From the NCBI GenBank assembly GCA_951406725.2, contig OX597822.1, positions 62,868,001 through 62,932,000 of the forward strand: 64,000 nucleotides of DNA, written 5' to 3'. How positions within the stretch are numbered: position 1 is the stretch's first letter; each line of letters begins with the position of its first letter. A program made the position numbers and the translations under genes. Source of the stretch: Octopus vulgaris (taxonomy: Eukaryota). The notes under the pieces are model-generated. The model was not told the DNA's origin, did not search any database, and saw nothing but the letters and a program-made list of their open reading frames with translations. Shown one piece after another: positions 54,602 through 64,000 of the stretch.

Positions 54602-54658
<57 letters not shown>

Positions 54659-54692
54659 AAAGATAGATAAATAGATAGATATATAGATAGTA

Positions 54693-54834
54693 TGTGGTAA
54701 GCTTGCTTACCAACCACATGGTTCCGGGTTCAGTCCCACTGCGTGGTACCTTGGGCAAGTGTCTTCTGCTATAGCCTCGGGCCGACCAATGCCTTGTGAG
54801 TGAAATTGGCAGACAGGAACTGAAATAAGCCCGT

Positions 54835-54879
<45 letters not shown>

Positions 54880-55082
54880 GTTTGTGTATCTGTGTTTGTC
54901 ACCCCAACATCGCTTGACAACCGATGCTGGTGTGTTTACGTCCCGGTCACTTAGCGGTTCGGCAAGAGAGACCGATAGAATAAGTACTAGGCTTACAAGG
55001 AATAAGTACTGAGGTCGATTTGCTCGACTAAAGGCGGTTTTCCAGCATGCCCGCAGTCAAATGACTGAAACAAATAAAAGAA
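54693..55082 (+). mobile_element. SINE family A
   Basis: Matches 10059..10450; head slightly truncated. Confidence 0.9.
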
Positions 55083-55083
55083 T

Positions 55084-55115
<32 letters not shown>

Positions 55116-55202
55116 TCGTGCGTGTATCGGTGAGAGATAACCGAAAGAAATCAGTGTGTCAAAGAAGACTTTGAAGCCTTTTGCTACCTTTCTTTACAAC
55201 AG

Positions 55203-55292
55203 TTAAGCACGTACGGAAGACGATTTGGGGTATGTTTCAGTGTTATTCGACATCCTCAGAGAAGCATAGACTCCACCGTACTTACCAAAGCA
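55203..55292 (+). CDS. Candidate internal exon, 90 nt, phase 1/1 (VKHVRKTIWGMFQCYSTSSEKHRLHRTYQS)
   Basis: Pyrimidine tract CCTTTTGCTACCTTTCTTTACAACAG| and donor |GTGAGT; open in the frame inherited from 49959. Confidence 0.5.
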
Positions 55293-56639
55293 GTGAGTAA
55301 AAAATTACTTAGTGTACAATAATAATATTCACTTTTCGGTATACAAAATCAGGAATATTGAGAGAATATTTTATTTTTATATGCTCTATCTGCATGAAGA
55401 AACAATACTTTAAATAGTGTTAAAATATTTAGTGTAGGAAGCATTAAAAATGTTTACTAGAACAGCCTTGGGCAGCATTGTGAGAAATCAATATTGCAGT
55501 TATTATTTTGAAATGTTTTCTGAAAATACAAGTTATTAAAAAAGTGATTAATTTAACATTTGATTGTAATAAGGATTTCGATTTTTAATGTAGGCCCAAC
55601 CTCATCGAGATTGTAAGGTGGGATGGTCGATTATATCGACTTAGTATTTGATTTGTATTTTATCGATCTCGAAAAGATAAAAGATAGAACCGACTCTCAC
55701 TAAATTTGAACTTGCAGGAATGCATGAAGCGTGAGTTTTCGAATCAATGACGGAACTTCAGTGTGGTCGCTTGACTTGATAGCAACAGCAGCTAATTCTC
55801 CTCTCAAATCACACCCTACCTTTTATAAAGGTATGACATATTGGATTATGTAATCGTAGACATACGCTATGTGAAAATTAGATGGGACTGTCACAGATGG
55901 AAAGCCTTTCATCCTAAGTCTTACTGAGCGAAAGTTACCTTACACGCGTTTTCTTAGTGTTCTTCACGTTGATAAACAATATGTTTTAAATTATTAAGAT
56001 TTAAATTTAGATTCCATCGATTTAATGAAAGGAAAATACGAACATTGGAAAATCTAAACTGAACCCATAATTTCCTGTTCGGAGAACGAACTAAATTTTT
56101 TGCTATTGTGCTTATCGAGGAGGAGGAGGAGGAGGAGGAGGAGGAGGAGGAGGAGGATTAGCAAACAAACCTGTTTAAAAGCGTTCCAGCCATCCGACAA
56201 TCCTTTTCCCGAGCATGACATTACCTCGAAATACATTATGCCCTAAGTACATTTCCTTTACCCTTTTCAATACGTTGAGAGGAAATTCGATTTCTTGAAG
56301 TTCAAGAGACCAGCTAAAGACTTATTCATTGCTCGAAAATTTGGAGATGAGCCTGTCATTATGATAATACAATAGAAGTTGTAGGCAAGTTACTAGACAT
56401 TAATCTTCTAAGTCATAGCACGTCCCATGGGTAAACGCTTTTATATAATGTCGGTAAATGAGCTACGAATTGATTTAAATAAACACGAAAATTTTAACAT
56501 TAAACTCAAAATAGACATCGTTTTTTAAAAGAAATCAATCACAAACAGAACAAAATTGTAGCCAAAACTTACATTTATACGTCTTGTATCTTATGTTAAC
56601 AACTGAATCTTTTTGAGTTAACTTATGAACAATTTCATT

Positions 56640-57850
56640 ATTGCTGCGATTATCCTGTTAGTTATATCGAACCACCAACAATTCTTCAACCTTATCTCCT
56701 CCTGCTATGAAAATAAATCTCACTTCATCTTTTTCCGAAGTCATCGTCTTTGGTGACTTCAGTGCTTATATCTCACCTAATACTGGTACTTCTAGAGTAG
56801 AAACAAATTTTGGCCGTCCTTAACTCTCTACACATACTTGTTTTCTATCGCCTACACGCATCCCTGAAAGATAAACAGACACCTCAGGCACACTTGATCT
56901 ACTCCCCACCTCTGATCTCAACCTCTGCCAGACCATAGCTCTCCTTAAAATTATCACATCGTCCGGCCACTATCTTGTGACTATCCAACACATTTCTACA
57001 TCCACTCCACCTACAACCGATCCCTGTCCTGTGGTACTTCAAGTTAGCTGACTGGTGGAAGTTGCGACCAGGAAATGTGCTAAATTCCAAACCAAGCAGA
57101 AACAATTTTGGGTACAACTGGAATCACTCTCTTAGACATTTGTCTTTACATTCCTTACACAATAAAAGTTCAATGCTCTAGGTACCACAAATTAGTCATC
57201 CATTGCTGCGATGCAACACTTCCGATAAAGAAAATCCTACAATGACTAGAGAAATTAACTCACTTCTAACAAAAAGAGGTGTTTACCCAGTACTCACTTT
57301 TTGTGACAAACCACTACCAGAACTGTAAAGGATTGTTCCATACAGCCTACAACCCTCAAGTTCTAATACCTCTTAACTGCAACCAATTCATTTGGTACTC
57401 ACCAAAGCCCCCTCACTAAATTTGTAGAATCTTCTTTTCCTTCTTTTCGTAACCATAGTTCTGTGAGCAGTTTCCTGTGAGCAGACCTTCACCTTCGCTA
57501 CCAGCTTTGTATTCAACACTACACTGTACACAGTTGGTAAATCTCCTCCAAATCCATCTGCTTCCACAACACCAGGATCAACAACTTGCAATAAATACAT
57601 AACCTATTAGAAAATATTTCAGGTCGTTTCAAACCAAAAAGGCCTCCTAATTTCAAACAATGAACTTCAATACTAACACCTGTACTCAACAAACACTTTA
57701 ATTTCTCCATTTCTGCAGGGATTACCTCGATCTTTGGATCTTTAGGGAGTCTGTCCCTTCTGAAGGAGAGCACCCACTCTGGCCTTGTCAACTATTGTTC
57801 TACTTACTTTCACTATCTTTAAACAGCCATTAACAACAACGATCTCCAAC
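56640..57850 (+). mobile_element. Old APE-type LINE ORF2 relic (endonuclease plus start of RT)
   Basis: EVIVFGDF, PTRIP, TLDL, WYFKLADW and LTPVLNKHFNFSISAG remnants. Confidence 0.6.
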
Positions 57851-57862
57851 ATCACACACACA

Positions 57863-57924
<62 letters not shown>

Positions 57925-58619
57925 AAATAGTTTAAGCGGTACGTTAATAACTTCAATCTCACTGATCGCTGTGGGTCTGCGAAGGCCGTGTGTACTGCTT
58001 TTTGGTCAAAACCAGTAGTTAATATAGGCCTTTAGAGGCGTTGTGAACATATAAGCGGATAGCAAATGTCAAGGGTGTATTATGGAGTGGTCCTGGGTGC
58101 TTAGAGGAACCATGGTTTGTTTTAGAAGTAAAATATTTAAACCAAGGACAAGGGTTAAAAAAACATGCCCAAAATCTCGAGGCAGGGGGTTAATTAATTA
58201 CATTCACTCCAGTATTGAACTAGCACTTAGTTCATCGATCTCGAAAGTATGAAGAGAAGAATTCGAACTCAAAGCAAAGCAGGAATGGCATTGCTCGAAC
58301 TCTTAATGAAAGCAGGAATGGCATTGCTCGAACTCTTAATGAAAGCAGGAAGAAATGCCGAGAGAGTAGAAACATGACTGCTTCAATTATAAAACAATCA
58401 ACCATTAGTTATTTTACAATTAGTAAATATTGTTTTCGGAACAATGTTGTTTAGGAATATAATGAGCTGTTAAATATCTTCAATTATTATAGATTTGCTT
58501 TCCTTATTATGGTTATTATCTTTTAAATAACACAATACATATATGCGTTTGATTCATTAAGTTTAATAGTGTTTTAAATAAAATATAAATTGTATTATTC
58601 TTTGTTCTAACATTTCATT

Positions 58620-58990
58620 TACGTGTGTTGATTGAGGAACCTGAGAACATAGCGGCAAGACCATATAGCGGCTATAGTGGCAAGACCATATGACCACTGA
58701 AGACATTCTAAAGGGAACCAACAAAAGACCACTTAGCGAAAATATCACAGAACGTAGATCAAAATTAACAGATCGATGCTTTCGTCTACCAGAACAATGC
58801 CATTCTAAAACAGCTTTCAAATGTACATTACCGGAGGGAGAAGAAAGTGAATATTGAAAGTACCCTGGTATAGAATATTTATGACTAATATGAGTGAGGT
58901 TAATATAAGGCTGGATATAGGGTGAACCGCAGCCTACAGAAACCAATGGTGTTAATTTGCTGCCCAATGTTCAGGAAAGCACAGGAAGAT
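58620..58990 (+). mobile_element. RTE-clade LINE 3' fragment
   Basis: WQDHMTTEDIL..LSENITERR..CFRLPEQCHSKTAF resembles the RTE C-terminus. Confidence 0.6.
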
Positions 58991-59077
58991 ATGAAGCCGG
59001 ACTGATACTGAAATATAATTTCATGTTATACATTCCTTGCCTTCTTTAGCATTTTCAATAAAGCATTAAATATACAT

Positions 59078-59440
59078 GGCGCAGGTGTGGCAGTGTGATA
59101 AGAAGTTTGCTTCCCAACCACAAAGTTCCAGGTTCAGTCCCACTGCGTGACAACTTAAGCAAGTGTCTTCTACTACAGCCTTGCCCTACCAAAGTTGTGA
59201 GTAGATTTGATAGACGGATGTTGAAAGAAGCTCGTTGTGAGTTTGTATGTGTGTGTCTTGGTGTCTTGGTGTCTACATTTGTCCCCTACCACTGACAACT
59301 GATGTTGGTGTGTTTACGTCCCGTGATATAGCTGTTCTGCAGAAAAAAAACGATAGATCCCGTACCAGGTTTAAAAAATTAAAAAAAGTACTGTCATTCG
59401 ACTAAAAATTCTTCAAGACTAAAGCAAGTAAAAGATAAAA
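59078..59440 (+). mobile_element. SINE family A, diverged
   Basis: Head GGCGCAGGTGTGGCAGTGTG and CORE-like region. Confidence 0.8.
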
Positions 59441-59505
59441 TATAAAATATGGCACTAATCAAAAGGGAGAGACATGCACTGGGAGAAATACTTTAAGAAA
59501 ATATG

Positions 59506-59972
59506 AGGCGTAGGAGTGGCTGTGTGGTAAGTAGCTTGTTTACCAACCACATGGTTCCGGGTTCAGTCCTGGGTTCAGTCCCACTGCGTGGTATCTTGGG
59601 CAAGTATCTTCTACTATAGCCTCGTGGCGACCAAAGCCTGGCACCAATGGGCAAGTGTCTTCTACTATAGCCTCGGGTTGACCAAAGCCTTGTGAGTGGA
59701 TTTGGTAGACGGAAACTGAAAAAAGCCCGTCGTATATATGTATATATGTATATGTATGTGTTTGTATACATGTTTGTGTGTCTGTGCTCCCCCCCCCCCA
59801 CATCACTTGACAACCGATGCTAGTGTGTTTACGTCACCGTAACTTAGGGGTTCGGCAAAACCGACCGATAGAATAAGTACTAGACTTACAAAGAATAAGC
59901 CCTTGGGTCGATTTGCTCGACGAAAGGCGGTACTCCAGCATGGCCACAGTCAAATGACTGACACAAGTAAAA
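59506..59972 (+). mobile_element. SINE family A with two short internal duplications
   Basis: GGGTTCAGTCC and GGGCAAGT..CCAAAGCC each occur twice. Confidence 0.9.
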
Positions 59973-60531
59973 GTGTAATAAATCGCTGCATAAAAATTAT
60001 CTTCTGTTTTCATTGATATAATCGGCTGCTTTCTTACGTGGGGCGGAGTAAACTGTGAACAAAGGGCGTTTATAAAAGTCCACTCAGCAGAAGGTTGAGA
60101 ATCATTGGTCTCGACCAAGCAAATATAAAGAAGTATTAATAAAAGAAAGTATGACTATATCAGTTTCTGTATTCTTAAATAGTGGAGGTTGTTTCTTTAA
60201 TCCCCACCCATCGTCTTCTCTAATGGGATTAAATTTCTCAAACACAGACATTAATGTCTCTGTACATACAAACACTAATGAATGTATACATGTAGATATA
60301 CATGCGCGCGTGCGTGCGTGTGTGTATGTGTGGGGGTGTCTATGAATGTAATATTTCGAGATATATATGGAGAGAGAGGGGGGACTGGGGGAGAAACAGG
60401 CTGGCAGGCAGGCAGATAGGGAGCGAAAGAAATAGATAGATTAATGGATTAATGGATCGCTTGATTGATTGTGTACTTGCTTGATTGAGTGATTGACTGA
60501 TTCATAGACTGTCAGATATACACACAGACAT

Positions 60532-60565
<34 letters not shown>

Positions 60566-60601
60566 TACATACAAACATTGATTCACACATACGCACACGT
60601 G

Positions 60602-60649
<48 letters not shown>

Positions 60650-60650
<1 letters not shown>

Positions 60651-61066
60651 TCTTTACTCTTTACTTGTTTCAGTCATTTGACTGTGGCCATGCTGGAGCA
60701 CCACCTTTTAGTCGAGCAAATCGACCCCAGGACTTATTCTTTGTCAGCCTAGTACTTATTCTATCGGTCTCTTTTGTCGAACCGCTAAGTTACGGGGACG
60801 TAAACACACCAGCATCGGTTGTCAAGCGATGTTGGGGGACAAACACAGACACACAAACACATACACACATACACACATATATATATATATATACACATAT
60901 ATACGACGGGCTTCTTTCAGTTTCCGTCTACCAAATCCACTCACAAGGCTTTGGTTGGCCCGGGGCTATAGTAGAAGACACTTGCCCAAGGTGCCACGCA
61001 GTGGGACTGAACCCGGAACCATGTGGTTGGTAAGCAAGCTACTTACCACACAGCCACTCCTACGCC
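60650..61066 (-). mobile_element. SINE family A, full length
   Basis: Reverse complement of the family A sequence. Confidence 0.9.
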
Positions 61067-61096
61067 TATATATATATATATTTATATTTATACTCC

Positions 61097-61135
<39 letters not shown>

Positions 61136-61394
61136 ATATATACACACACACATATATAAACACATACTATATACACACACATTCACACACAAACACACAC
61201 AAATACATACATACACATTACAAACATTTTCAAGTACAGCCATTCAATTATTAGAAATGCGACCAGACATAGAAAGTACGTGATTTTGAATGATTTTATT
61301 TAGGAACATTAGAAAAGTTGTTGGTGAGGAGTGTGATGATGGGGGCTGGGGGAGAGTCTTTTTGTTGGTGTTGGTGTTGTTGTCGTCGTTTAGC

Positions 61395-61990
61395 TCCAGG
61401 TTAGTCCAGATCATAGATCAGTCCTATGATGAAAGTGTAGTCCGATTAACCTTGTCACGTCTGTTTGCATATCTGGAAACTGTATTTTTTAGACGATTGG
61501 ATTTGATCTGAGGAAGGGAAATTTAGAAGCTTCTTCTAGAGGGACAAACTACAAATTAGGAGGCTCTTCCATTGGTTTCACTTTTATGCTTTTTGTTGTT
61601 TTTTGCGGTTGTTACTGTTTGGTCCCAGACCTGATCGAGTAGACCCATACTCGAAGGCGTTCCAATCTCTCTCATCTCACCTTTTTCTGTATCAAGGATT
61701 AAATTATCCACTAGAACTTTCATTTTATATATAAAATACTTCAGAGTGTAATTTAAAGGGAACTTGATTGCTATTTGTAGCAGGCGGATTGACCACTTAT
61801 AAGTCACCCTCTTTCTATTCTTTTATTTTGCTAATTTATAAAGTATAGAAATAGGTTCAGCCCTGGTCCATCAGACATACAATAAAAATGCGTTCCAACT
61901 GTGACTATGTCTACATTGTTCAATGTGTCCTTTTTTTTAAGATGTTTTCATGACTCTTTGAGGGAAGTTTGCCTACTGTTTTTAGCGGGT
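61395..61990 (+). repeat. Three diverged direct copies of an old dispersed repeat (also about 63135-63300 and, inverted, about 55765-55930)
   Basis: Recurring CCAG..GATC..AGAC..AT..AAAG..TTCCA...TTTGAGGGA..TTG..T.CTA pattern. Confidence 0.4.
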
Positions 61991-62127
61991 CCCTCGAGAG
62001 AGTGTACAGATTTCTTTCTGCGTAGATGGATAGGTTTGTTTTTACAATGACCTGGTCTCGTTGTTTACAATGGAGATGCTTGTTTTGTCATTGCAACGAA
62101 ACTTTAGCCTTTATTATCATCGCATTA

Positions 62128-62693
62128 TTGGGTTGTCCGGAAAGTTCGTGCTGATTTATAGTAGCTTAACTTTCATCTTATTTTAGAACAATGCTTGAAT
62201 CCATAAAATAGGATTTGACTACACCTCCATTTAGAGCACAGTTTAAGCTATCTTTTCGTGGAAGAAGGTTTATGTTCCTATAACCTGTGTTAATTTTGTA
62301 ACCCTTTAAAATAAAAGATGAGAAAGTTCATTTTGGGCACTTGATGCTTTGGGAACCAGACAAAAATGCTGCAGCTCGGCTGGGATGTGTTACCCCACCC
62401 TCCATATTCACCAGATATTGCTCTTTCGGATTTCCACTTAATCAGGTCTCTGCAGAATAGTCTTAATGGTAAAAATTTAAATTCCTTAGATGACGTAAAA
62501 AGATACTTTGATGAATTTTTTGCCATGAAACCACCTCAATTCTGGGAAGAGGGTATTTTCAAGTTAAAGGAAAGATGGAGACGCATTGTGCAACAAAATG
62601 GTTCATATTTGGTTGATTAAAAATGTAATGGCAAGTATTTATTGACCTTTTTCTCTCCTTTAAATATCGGCACGAACTTTCCGGACAACACAA
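62128..62693 (+). mobile_element. Internally deleted mariner with TA target duplication
   Basis: TIRs TTGGGTTGTCCGGAAAGTTCGTGC / GCACGAACTTTCCGGACAACACAA; N-terminus MRKVHFGHLMLWE joined to C-terminal LPHPPYSPDIALSDFHL...QNGSYL. Confidence 0.92.
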
Positions 62694-62737
62694 TAGTTTA
62701 CTGCTTGTTATATGTTACACATCATGTACCTGTCTAA

Positions 62738-62955
62738 TAATCCTTTCTCCTATAGGCACAAGGCCTGGATTTTGTGGAGAGGGGGATATCCGATAACACT
62801 GACCCCAGTACTCAACTGGTACTTAATTTATCGATCCCCAAAATGATGAAAGGCAAAGTCGATCTCGACGGAATTTGAACTCAGAAAGTAAAGACGGACG
62901 AAATGCTGCTAAGCCTTTTTGCCCGACGTGCTAACGATTCTATCAGCTCGCCGCC
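62738..62955 (-). mobile_element. SINE family C
   Basis: Reverse complement of the family C sequence. Confidence 0.85.
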
Positions 62956-64000
62956 CTTGTACCTATTTGATAATGATGACAGTTAGTAAACGTACACATG
63001 TTAGATTTGATAATAACATCTAGACAACATCAATACGATGAAATCTGGAATTATGGCTGTCACTACTGTTTTTGCAAGTGATTTTTATGATATTGCTATT
63101 GTTGGTATTACCGTTCTTCTGTACCCGGATGTCAGCTCTGGCCGAGTAATATGTCGATCAAAAAGAATCTAGACGTGACTGCTACTTTATTTTTTTGACA
63201 CACTTATATCTAAAGCCTCATTAATACAATGTGCATTTCCTACTGTTTTTCCAAGATATTAAAACATGATTTGAGGGAGATTGTCTACTAATTCAAAAAT
63301 AGCATGCCATGCGACATACAGATTATATACATTTTCCTTCTTTTTTTTTCTTTTTTTTTTCTCTTTGCTTGTTTCTTTTTTTTTTTTTTTGCGGGGATAG
63401 CGTCAGAGGTCAAATGCTTTTATTAATGTCAGTGAAAACATTATTTCCTTGTTGCTTTGATACCTCTGACATCCGGAATCTCTGAAAAATTTCCGATGTT
63501 AACTAATTTGTATAAGGAAGCTCAAGAAAAAAGAACGAAATGATAAATAATTGTTTAAATAAATCAAAACAGAAGTGTTTATCAAAAAGTATCATCTTTG
63601 ACTTCTCATAGATTAACAAAATAATTTGATAGAAAACAAATAGTTGCCTTCGAGAGCTAAGATGCCAATTGTTATTTTTTACCCCCATGGGGCACGTCAT
63701 TTACTCTAACATAAAAAACTATCTTCGTTTGTTTAGTTATTTTATTTGCTATGCATTTGTTTATCTTCGAAATGCAATTCAAGTAAATGGCAGGCGATGA
63801 TATGTTTAACATAGAAGAGTTAATTATTATCTGAATAGTGTAAAATAAATAAAAAGAAAAGTCAAGAGAAAAAAATTGTAATTGCAAAAACAAAAACAAA
63901 ATGTTAAAAAGAAGAATATTAAGAAGATAAGAATTGATCCCTGAAGGAAAGTGATATTTAATGGAGTAATCATTGCCATATAGTAAATATGAAGGAAAAC

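Noticed and set aside
63424-63443. Iron-responsive element (CAGTG loop)
   Set aside because: The loop is 8 nt and there is no bulged C five bases upstream.

Overview
AT-rich, microsatellite-dense eukaryotic DNA, almost certainly from an octopus (coleoid cephalopod), judged from its tRNA-derived SINE families and (TA)n/(GATA)n/(TACA)n load. Most ORFs in the supplied track are microsatellite or SINE artefacts. Retroelements: (1) a Tx1/L1-clade LINE on the minus strand, whose ORF2 I translated by hand as open from ATG 2860 to the window edge (953 codons, absent from the ORF track because it has no stop), but with an endonuclease catalytic motif deleted in frame; (2) a 5'-truncated CR1/L2-group LINE whose 3' tail and stem-loop match the tail of the dominant SINE; (3) Penelope-like, R4/Dong-like and RTE relics. 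DNA elements: mariner and maT transposon relics, and non-autonomous Helitrons. SINEs: about 30 copies from three or more families. The most notable signal is at least six type-I hammerhead ribozyme motifs plus several half or degenerate ones. They have self-complementary stem III, lie in short inserts mostly within or beside microsatellites, and two sit in fold-back structures. There is also a candidate bidirectional promoter at about 46.6-46.75 kb with phase-compatible candidate exons on both strands. Family names come from motif recognition only; no database searches were run.
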